From assembly GCA_964016885.1 (NCBI GenBank), contig OZ024740.1, forward strand, positions 364,436,001-364,500,000: a DNA stretch of 64,000 bases, given 5' to 3'. This DNA comes from Eledone cirrhosa (taxonomy: Eukaryota). Both the position numbers and the translations under genes were made by a program. The notes under the pieces were generated by a model that was not told the DNA's origin, ran no database searches, and was given only the letters and a program-made list of their open reading frames with translations. This document shows, one piece after another, positions 53,036 to 64,000 of the stretch. Position 1 is the stretch's first letter. The number at the start of each line of letters is the position of its first letter.

Positions 53036-54669
53036 TTCACCTATGCCTGCTTTCCATGCCTGGAAGGATTGGTTGGGTTGCCGCAGTCTGAGACTAGACT
53101 TTGCCATATGACCACATCTTGCTCATACATACCATATTTTAGCATGGTTTCCATGTCTGGTTGTTCTTCCTAATGCCAGTCACTTTACAGGATATGACAA
53201 CTTAGCCAGCCCACCACCTGTACTTAATATGATGGTGGTATCAAGATGTATTAAATATTTCCCTTTCTATCAATGTTTGCTCTCCAACTGTTCATCTTAC
53301 ATTTTAGACATATTCAAATCACAAAGGCAAAAAAGAGAAGGAAAAAAAACAACACTCAATAGTTTTCTTTTTATTCATGTTTTTACTTTGTTTCTCTCCT
53401 ATGTTTGATCCTATACTTGAATGCTACATTATTTTCAAACCAGCAGATCTGAAGACAATATATTTTTGCACATTCATCAGTATCTTTTGTTTGTTTGTTT
53501 TTTGAATTTATATTTATTGATCTATTTTCGTTTATGCCTTGATATTATTATGTAAAATATGCATGTTTGCTTTCAAACTCATCTTAATTGCTATAATTTT
53601 GTGTAAAGATATTTAAGATGGTTTCTGACATGAGATATTTAAAACCCATGGTAACCTCTGATTCAGTAGTAGTCATCATCTCAACTATATTTTCAAAAGC
53701 CATGAATTCATTGTGTAATAATAACAAGGGGGTTTCTAAAAAAAGCTGTGAAACTACTTGTCGTTTGGTTGCTAGAGAAACCGAGAAAGCAAAGGTGTGG
53801 GGGGGGGGGGGTGTAATCTTCTTGATTGTCAATTATTTCTTGTACGTCAATATATTTTAAAAAGAAATATATGTGTTATTTTGATATTTTTACATATTTC
53901 AAATTATATCAAGAGTTTTAATTCCAATTTTTGAATTTAGACAATATCTCGTGATTAAGTATAGATTTTTCCTCTTCTCGCCCCCACAAAATATTTGTTG
54001 TGGGTCTTTATTTTTTGTTGTTTTGTTTTTGTTTCTGCCCAATTTCCAGTATTATGACTTCATATTCTAATCAGTCAAAACTTGTGAATATTTATAGGGT
54101 TTAATTAAGAAATAATAAAAAAAAAAGCATTTGTTTCAAGTTCCATACCCAACTGGAATATTTTTTCCACTCAAGAAATACCATATGTATTTCTTTTCAC
54201 TTTGATATTCTTTACTACATCTCTCCAAATTGTATTTTTAACTATATTATTATGAGATGATCAGTAGTATTTTTATTTGATTTCATTTATAATGTATTCT
54301 TTCAAATTATTAGTTGCGATTAATTTTAATATTAGTCAAGAAATGTAAGCTCAAACCCTTTTGATATCAAACTACCTAACACCATCCCTGGTTCTATGAT
54401 ACAAAACTGTTTGTTTTTAAGTGTTTATTTTGATCTAAAAGCCATCTCTAATAATTTTATCAAAGAACCTTTAAGTTATGATCTAAACACCATCCAAACA
54501 AGAAAGTTATTTATATTACTGAATACCTTCAAATTGTTGATTATCTTTAAAATTATTCTAAAATTATAGTGTCTTTCATTAGAAATATGGTAAACAAGGG
54601 TTTAAAAGTGTTTATATTTATCTAAAATTTTTCAATTTTCTATGTAAGAACCTTTACATTATGCTCCAT

Positions 54670-54952
54670 CGATTCTTTCCTGAGACATTCTAACCACATG
54701 CCCTTAGTATTGGAGATGTGATCTCTCAATTCAGAGAAGTAGTGGCTCTACCTGGCGTGACTTTCTGATCTCTAACTTACACACTTTATTGAGTAACATT
54801 GCTCAAAAGACCCTTCAGAGGAACTCAATTTTGGCCACTTGTATTTGCGATCATGCTGCTGAGTGCTGCATGGCTAGAATGAAAATCAGTGCTGCAAAAA
54901 CTGAGGCACTTCCCTCTCAAAGAAGTCTGCGCAGTGCAATCTACATGTGTCC
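54670..54952. mobile_element. Old RTE fragment with an inversion junction at ~54853
   Basis: 54670-54853 matches 6430-6578 in the same orientation. 54855-54952 reads MKISAAKTE on the + strand and is the reverse complement of ~6830-6870. Confidence 0.65.
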
Positions 54953-55068
54953 AAATTCTTGATAATTAAAAAAAATATCATTTGAAAATCAATGTCTTTC
55001 ATTAGAAATATGGTTATGAAAGGTTTAAAAGAATAGTAATTTTAAAGCATTTTTTAAAATATATATAG

Positions 55069-55157
<89 letters not shown>

Positions 55158-56541
55158 CCAAAAAACTTCACTGGTGGGTTCCAGTTCTGAAAACTATTGG
55201 CATGTTAGTATTTGTGTTAATGTTAATGTGAGATTTGGTGTTAGTCTTCGTGTTAGTATTAGTGTTTCTGTCCATGAAGTGATTCAATGAAGGAGGTACT
55301 GAAATCATTTCCTCTTTCTGCACCCCCTCCCAATAGCTTATTGATATGGGAGTATAAATTTAGAAGTGAACTCTTGTTAATAAAACTATGCTCCCACTGT
55401 TTGCATCTGTGAGCTATAACATTTATTATTAGAAAAAGTGCTGACACACTTTTAACCCTTATGTTACCATATTTCTAATGATTTTCAAATTATTTTGATA
55501 ATAATCAATATTTTGGAGGGAAATAGAGAAATAACTTTCTCATTATTATATTGGCATTTGGAACAAGTTGACAAAATTTTCTCACAATAAATTATGATGG
55601 AAGGTTTAAATTTAAATAGGAACACTTTAAAACAAATAGGCTTGTATGATACAAATAAGAGCGGCTTGGTATCAGGACAAATGGGGTGGGCATGATAACT
55701 TCAGTCAGTCAAAACTATACACATATCACTCAAGCAAACACAGGCAAGGACATCAGCTAAAATGCATGCACACATACATGCATAAATGGGTTGCTAAACC
55801 CCATTCCTAGTTGATTTAAATTAGAAACAGGCAATGTAGTGAGGTGTAGAATAATCTGGTCTCTGGCAGACATTTTGACAAGTTTAGGCATGTTTCTGTC
55901 TTATTAAACCTCCTTATTTGAACATAGTCATTCTTGTATCTGACAGTATATATATATATAAAGTACATATGTATGTTGGTAAGATAATGTGAACAATGAG
56001 GAGAGTGGGGATAATTCAGGGGTGTCATCTGCATGGTTATATAGTAAAGTAAGCCTTATCAGTGTTGAGAATAATTACTTAAATTGGTTTTTGTTTTTCT
56101 TATTGTGCCTTTTGATTTTGTGTTGATAATGAATAATATAAATCAGGATAATATACCACATATTCTTTTTATAGGCGCATATCATTTCTACAGCTGTGAA
56201 ATGATATTTCTGGAACGAATTGGATTAATTAATACTAGCTAGTCAAGCTTGGACTATATGTAAATAAACTTTCAACATGAATAGTTTGTTTACAAAACAT
56301 TATAGAGTAGGTGTCTGCAGATGGATTAACAAACATAAAGAATGCACTCATTGTCACCTGAGAAGTAGGTAAATGTTGGTTCTAAGCCACTGATTTAGTT
56401 GAACAGCAATTAATCCTTTTGAAACCAAACCATCTGAAGCTGCCCCTGGTTCTATGACGTGAAGCTGTTTGTTATAAAAGGTTATATTTATCTAAAATCT
56501 TTCCAACATAATTTTATGTAAGAACTTTAAGCAGTTACATA

Positions 56542-56733
56542 ATGGAAGAGTCATTTTAGCCATTCAAAAAACACTAAAATGTTAACTTCACTTTAAAATT
56601 ATTATATATTTCTTGGTGTCCAAATTTTTTTGTCAGTTTGAAACTTGGTCACCAACACCAAGAAATAGATGATAAATGTAAAGTGAATTTAACAGTTTTT
56701 TGTGATTTTGAATGACCAAAATGACTGTTCCAT
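56542..56733. repeat. Fold-back inverted repeat, probable MITE
   Basis: atggaagagtcattttagccattcaaaa pairs with ttttgaatgaccaaaatgactgttccat. Inner pair tatttcttggtgt / acaccaagaaata. Confidence 0.75.
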
Positions 56734-57009
56734 GATGGAATTGTTTTAATTTCAACATAGTCACAGATCAAGTCAGTTGTCAGAAAAGTACAACTACAGT
56801 TGAAGTGACACTTCCATTGTCAAAGAAATACAACTTTTCTTAAGATTTGTTCCAAGCTAGTAATTGGGGGATAGCTTAACCAAAGAGTTAATTAAAAAGA
56901 TGTTTTAATGAGATTTTTTTTATATTCTATTATTCATATATGTCCAGTGAACCTCAGTGATATAATATTAATATTTTCTAAATTTGAACATGAAATTAAA
57001 TGAAATTTA

Positions 57010-57428
57010 CAGCTCTTACCTATGTTGGTTTAACTAGCCCCCTACAAGGTTACATCTGAGCAATTTTTTTTTTGTGTGTGTTTTAATGATAGGATTCCCA
57101 GTCATATGTTGTTGTTGTTATATCTCAAACATATGTAGGTTCAACTGGTTTCTTACAAGGTTCCTCAGGTGTTTTATTGATTGATAGGGGCCCTAGTCCT
57201 ATCGTGTCATTATAGCTCACATATATGTTGGTTTAGCTGGCCAAGTATGAGGTTGTATCTCTTGGGAGGTTTGCCGGATGTTTTAATGATAGTCCCCTGT
57301 CATTTCATGAAAAGCAATGTGAAATGAAGCGCCTTGCTTAAGGACACAACATGCCATCTGGTCCAGGAATTGAACCCATGATCTTATAATCATCAGCCCA
57401 ACACCTTAACAACTAGGCCACATGCCTT
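57010..57428 (-). mobile_element. tRNA-derived SINE with three internal ~100-bp subrepeats
   Basis: Minus head 'ggcatgtggcctagttgttaagg...gggttcaattcc' and CORE-like 'gttgtgtccttaagcaaggcgc'. The repeated unit 'tatgttggttta.ct.gcc...gttttaatgatag' is homologous to 5723-5905. Confidence 0.7.
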
Positions 57429-58244
57429 TACTGTTCCAATTTTAGTTAAAGATCATTTCTGTTCAAGGTTGGTTTTACCATAGAAAATAGCAACCATTCT
57501 TCATGTTTACGGCTAATGTCATTATGAATTTCCATAAAAGTGTTGTATATTTTGAATTAATGTACATAAGATAGTGCCAACTGATTATTATGCTTCACTC
57601 AGTAAAGGAAGTATTAAGTAGAGATTTTTAAAACTAAACCAAATGAGATTATCATCTTTTGGTTTAAATTTCTTTAAATATAATATATTCAACTTTATGG
57701 CTTGCTACAACATTTAGTCTGAAAGCAAATATTCTTCGACAGTAGATCTTTAAAAACAAAATCTTGTATAATTTCTAGGAAATAATTCTAAAATGTCCAC
57801 TATTGTATTTACCTCAGTATGTATATCTAGTGCTTCAATAAATAATTCATTGTAAAAGTAAAAGTGGTTACTTATGTTGAAGAAGGCACGATAAACAACA
57901 TACTCTTTAAACAGGATATGCAAATAATGATTTTTTTCCAACGATCATATATTTGCTTATGTTGTTGAAAGGTATGTAAGTGTGTGTATAGAGAACAAAG
58001 TGATAATATATATATAGTGTGTGGGTATATATATGAAACAGGTGCCAGAATTATTGATAAATGATATATATATATATCACCATCATCATCATTTAACATC
58101 CACTTTCCCTGGTATCAAGAGTTGGACAGGTCTTCAAAAACTGAGTTTGTACAGTGGCGCTACTCACCTCACAGATAGGCCAGGGGTCCACATTTTGTTC
58201 ACATACATTACCATGATACAGAAAAAGATGATTATATATATATA

Positions 58245-59540
58245 CAGGGTGTGGACGATATTTGTTCGCAATTTTCAACTGCTAATTTTATGCACATTTT
58301 TTTTACTTCTGTTGTCACTCTTGTCTTCATAAAAACAGTAATTATATTTCCATTATTTATTATCAGAATAATTGATTATGAATAATTTTGAACCTCCAAA
58401 TTTGTGGAAGAGACACAGAGTTCTTCTTGGAATCCGCGCCGGGAGCACAAATAAGGGAATTTCAGACTTTCTCAGCGTCAGCAAGAGAATGGTGGAAAAG
58501 GTCAGAAAGGAATTCGGAGATTCAGGATTTAACTACGAAGCAACATCAGAGAGGAAAACACATGATCGACGATCTGACGCCTTCAGAACGCCCGAGTTCG
58601 TCGCTGAAGTTCAGGATATCAACAACAATGAACTTAGCAAGTCGATGCGTGCCATTGCAAGGGAGAAAGGCGTGTATGAAAAGCTCATTAGGCTGGTGGT
58701 ACATGAAGACATTCGCTATGTTTCATACAAGATGAGGAAAGGACAATTTCTGTCAAAGGCGATGCAAGAAAAGTGACTGAAGCACGCAAAGAAGCTGATC
58801 AACAAGTTGAAACACCCGCTGGAGTCAGACATGCTGTGGTTTTTTTCTGACGAGAAAAACTTCTGCCAAGACCAGAAGATCAACTCCCAGAACAACAGGT
58901 GGCTCGCTGTCTCATCCAAAGACGTGCCCAGAGTCATGTAGACAAAGTTTCCAGCGACAACATTGGTCTTAGGTGTCGTCAGCAGTCAAGGTGACATCAA
59001 GCCACCTCACTTCTTCCCTGAGGGCCTCAAGCTGAACACCTATGGCTACATCCGCGTTCTGAGCAAGGTAGTAAAGCCCTGGATCGACCAGGTAGCTGCA
59101 GGTTGGCCGTACGTGTGGCAGCAAGACTCAGCGCCCTGCCATACCAGCCGAAAGACCCAAGCCTGGCTGTCAGAGAACTTCGTCGACCACACTTCACCTG
59201 ACATCTGGCCTCCCAGCTCGCCTGACTGCAACTTCCTCGACTCCTTTGTGTGGGGCGCAGTGGAACGAGACACCAACAGATCTAGCTGCAATACGAAAGA
59301 CGATCTGAAGGACAGGATCACAAGTGCCTTTAGGGGCCTAAGTCGGGGGACAGTGACGAAGGCCTGTAGCCAGTTCTGAGGCCGTCATCAAAGCCAATGG
59401 CGGGTTTATCGAGTGAGATCGAAAGAACAAGTCATGAAGACAAACTGACCCAAGTTTGATAAATATATCTTAAAAAATAAAACTACTGTGTTATTTTTTC
59501 CTAGACAGTAATCTTGCGAACAAATATCGTCCGCACCCTG
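58245..59540 (+). mobile_element. Complete Tc1/mariner-superfamily transposon, DD37D (maT) family
   Basis: 27-bp TIRs cagggtg(t/c)ggacgatatttgttcgcaa, TA on both sides, length 1296 bp. Confidence 0.95.
58378..59415 (+). pseudogene. DD37D transposase pseudogene
   Basis: One reading frame with stops at 58774, 58939 and 59377. Motifs FFSDEKNF, WQQDSAPCH and WPPSSPDCNFLD, with 37 residues between the 2nd and 3rd Asp. Confidence 0.9.
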
Positions 59541-59604
59541 TATATATATATATTACCTACAGTAACTCCATGTTACACTCCCTGGCTATATATATATATA
59601 TATA

Positions 59605-60211
59605 CTAGCAGTGGTACACGGCGTTGCACGGGATAAGGTATTTTGGAACGCGGGCCGCCAACAGACCTACTGGTGGAAAAACTGCATGCCTGGATAATAT
59701 ATAAAGAAAATAAACCGAATACTCTGATGGCTGGATAATCTTTAAGATTTTCCTCAATGAAGCAGGAAAAATGTAGATTTTCAACTAATGTGGGCCCTAG
59801 GGGATCAAGAAAATGAATTTTTTTTATGTGCATAATATGCCTTGAAATTTCGGGAAAATCGGCTAGATGTAACACCTCAAAAAAGCCCTAAAAAGCTGAA
59901 AAAAATGAAGTTTTTCGTCTAATGCAGGCCCTAGGCCATAAAAAAGTTGGATTTTCTTTGCTCATGGTATGAAGAAGAGACTGACTAATACATATTTACA
60001 ATTTCAAGGAAATCAGTCTGACGTAACGCCTCCAAAAAAACCCTAAAAAGCTGAAAAAACGCAGTTTTTCACCTAGGGGATCAAAAAGTTTTATGCGCAT
60101 AACATTCCCTGAAACATAAGTAATACACATGTAAAGTTTGAAAAAAATCGGTTGGGTACTTCTCAAGTTTTAGGGATTCAACACATCCTCCCTCAGTTTT
60201 ATATATATAGA
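59605..60211 (-). mobile_element. Non-autonomous Helitron
   Basis: Minus strand reads A|TCTATATATATAAAACTGAGGGAGGATGTG ... cccgtgcaacgccgtgtaccactg CTAG|T. Internal repeat 'ccctaaaaagctgaaaaaa' occurs twice. Confidence 0.8.
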
Positions 60212-60907
60212 TAACTAAAAGTCTGTGATTGATTGATTGATTGATTGCTTGCTTGCTTGTCTGTAATGTAATACAGCCAAAAGGGCACATAATGGTAAAA
60301 TACTTTGAAAGGAAGTTGCCCCTGAAATGCGAATATAAATGGAATAAAACAAGTTTCGCATAAATTGGAGCACGGGTTCCCGAGATATGGGGGTTTTCCG
60401 GGTACCTTTATAAACAGAGAGAGAGAGAAGGATAGATAGAAAGAGATAGTGGTTATGACCGAGTAGATTAAAAGAGACAGAGAGAGAGCTGGATGATGAT
60501 GATGATGATGATACATACACACATGTATATATATGGACCTTTTAGTTTCATTTCACATTAATACATGTCTGTGTATATTTTAATTATTTAAAAATTATTT
60601 TTAAGTGAACATGATTTTTAAAAGATATTTTGAAGTGAACATGATCCAATGGGCCATGGGTGGTCTAGTATATATATAAAATTAGGAGACAAAGCAAGTT
60701 GAATAGAACAACTTACTTAATGGACAACTAAGTTCAAATTATTAAAATTCAAAATGGCTTCTACAGGACTGGAACTGTTTCATTCGAAGGATTTCTTTTG
60801 AATGAAACCGTTCTAATCCTGCAGAAGCCATTTCTGTATTAAATTTGTTGTATACACTCTACTAATGTATTGTGTACCTTAATGAGGTTACCCCCGATTG
60901 AACCTGG

Positions 60908-60955
<48 letters not shown>

Positions 60956-62035
60956 ATCATGATTATCATTCTACATCCACTTAGGTTGTCACAGTCCATG
61001 ACTAGATGGGCCAGAGAGACTTTATTTTGTTCATATATTCCATATTTGTTGTAATTTCTAATGGCTGGATGCCCTCCCTTACAAAGTCAGCTGGGAGTAG
61101 TTTCATTAACGCTCTTCTTTAACAAACGCCTGGTAATGAAAATCATGGTAACAAATGCTTTTCCATACATTTTGTAATGAATAAAATCATGTTGAATAAT
61201 TTTCACACCGAAATAACAAATAGTAAACCCAGGTAATGAGGGACCTGCCCTCCCCCTCACACTTTGAATTTGTTTCATCATGACTTTCTTAAAAATGCAT
61301 TTTTTAAATGCTATTTTGCTGAAATAATTTTCCTATGACGTAGCTTGCAAATACAATGGTAAAAATTAAAAATAACAAATGAATTCATTTTCTTTTCTCT
61401 CTCTCTCTTTTTTATTTTTTTTATTACTACTTTCATTATTGTATAGTTCTGTTTGTTAATGCTTTCATTTTACTTTCGATTTGTATTGGTAGTAGGCTAA
61501 ATGTAAATTTGGAAATCTTTTCCTCTTACCTTCCAATTTCATGTTGATAATGGATAATATCAATCAAGATAATATCACAGATTTTTTATAGGCACGTAAT
61601 GTCATTTCTACAACTATGAATTGAAGTTCTGGAACAAATTGGATTCATTACTAAAGAGTCTCCTGTATTTTGAAGAAGACAAGCTGATCGATAATTTGTA
61701 AAAGAAATTTCTCCAACAATGATGATCTGCCAATAATAGGGGCATTGAAAATGTTGAGATGGGAAAGCAATGTGAAAGTAGGGGAGGGTGGTAGCAAACA
61801 TCACTGGGTACTGAAAATGTAGAGGTAAGGAAGCAATATTAAAAGGGAAGAATGATCGCAAACATCACTGATAAATATGGAGCAGCTAAAAATAAAGCCA
61901 TATATGTAAAAGATAGCATAGTAATGGAGATACTTGAATCCTGATATAGGTGAGAACAGTTTGTATGTATATATATACATACAGATGCATATATATATAT
62001 ATTGAGAAGATTAAAATCATACAAGAACTATGTAT

Positions 62036-62095
<60 letters not shown>

Positions 62096-62294
62096 ATACA
62101 CACACATGTATATATGTCAGATGTATAACACAAGACTATGTAAACGATCATTGTTGAAAGACAAGGACAATAAAACATAATCTAAGTTTGCAAATCTCAA
62201 AAGAAATGATATTCCTGCTTTTATAAATGCAGTAAAACTTCTTCAACACAAAGAATAGTTTGAAATGAAAAATGAAAGGAAATGGGTGCAGTGT

Positions 62295-62807
<513 letters not shown>

Positions 62808-63873
62808 CTAGCTGAATGACCCAGCATTGCCCGGGTTACTACTGTTCTTATTCAGATTCGTAAACAATAAATATGAAGATATATATTTTTTCTCATAATC
62901 ATTTCAAAATATCTATATTTTATTTAAAAAAAAAAAATCAAAGTTGTAATGATAATAGAATTTAGAAATGAAAACCTGTCAATTTTGAAGCACCTCAGGG
63001 TAAACAATATTCATTGTGTAATTTTTTGTTGGTGTCCAAATGAATAAATTCTTGCTGCTTCAAACTCGTGAGCAACTAACATAGTATTGACTGTAGGAGA
63101 AACGTAGTAGAGAGATCAAGTCCAACTACCTTGAGGGATTGACCCTGAGATTTGTTAATTGGAATAACAAAACTTTATTTGACTGGAAACTGAAGCCTCT
63201 TAAATTCAAGTAGAACAGCTGTAGGTAATAGAGGAATTTTCAGAATAAAGACATTTTTTTTTCAATATTGTAAACAAATAAGTATCAACATCAAAATAAA
63301 TAAATATTATTTTTGTATGCTGTGTAAATTAACCAAATATAAGCAAATGTATTAACTGCTAATTTAACGAACAGCCACACATACACTCAAACTTATAAAA
63401 AACATACTTTGACATACAGAATTTCACCCACAAACAGACACACATACACTCACACTAACTTATAAAAACACACACACACAGACGTACATTCATACAAACA
63501 CATACAGTTTCACCCATGAACAGACACACATACACTCACACACTTATAAAAACACACACCATACATTCATACAAACACACACATTTTCACCCCCCACCCT
63601 TGCGTTTATTATGTCAGTCGTCACAGAAATGTATGTATACTCACAGACACACACCCTCACATACTCACACACACATACACTCAAACACATATACTTGTCA
63701 GTCATCATATGTGAAGATGTGGTGTGTGTGTGTGTTTAATTCTCTGTGTATCTGATTAAATATTTACGTTAAGATGTATGTATCTTAACAGCATAAACTC
63801 AGACACACTCACAACACACTCATATACAAAATGTGACATTGTCGTCATCATAATATAGTTGACTATAGAAAGA
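62808..63873 (-). mobile_element. Probable Helitron (3' end clear, 5' end tentative)
   Basis: Minus-strand 3' end 'acccgggcaatgctgggt cattcag CTAG|T' at 62808-62837. Candidate 5' end A|TCTTTCTATAG at 63873. Confidence 0.5.
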
Positions 63874-64000
63874 TTATTTTAGATAAAATGTTGTATTGTT
63901 TTAATCCAAATGAAAATAAAAAATACATGTTGTTAATCCCGGGGTCTATTACCTTGTCAAATTTGATTTGATTTGGTTGAGCCATTTGAGAATGCAAAAA

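Noticed and set aside
60212-60410. Possible further Helitron/Helentron 5' part with (GATT)n(GCTT)n
   Set aside because: It looks repeat-derived, but no matching terminus could be identified.

Overview
Eukaryotic, AT-rich and almost entirely repetitive genomic DNA. The microsatellite load and the SINE/RTE content suggest a coleoid cephalopod such as octopus, but this is inference. No host protein-coding gene is securely identifiable, and most ORF-track entries are microsatellite or antisense artefacts. The window holds five RTE-clade LINE copies with (GAT)n tails, two older RTE relics and many SINEs or stubs sharing the RTE 3' end. It also holds an ~18.7 kb array of a 40-bp satellite with nested higher-order duplications, a complete but inactivated DD37D (maT) transposon, a mariner relic, a hAT MITE, TTAA-flanked MITEs and several non-autonomous Helitrons. 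Between 13.8 and 25 kb is a cluster of Penelope-like element (PLE) pieces. Three observations stand out. (1) The young RTE family carries a C4HC3 PHD finger in frame inside its reverse transcriptase. (2) Eight type I hammerhead-ribozyme motifs of three sequence families lie within 11 kb, mostly as divergent inverted pairs. (3) A PLE GIY-YIG gene is split by a 5' inversion with twin-priming geometry.
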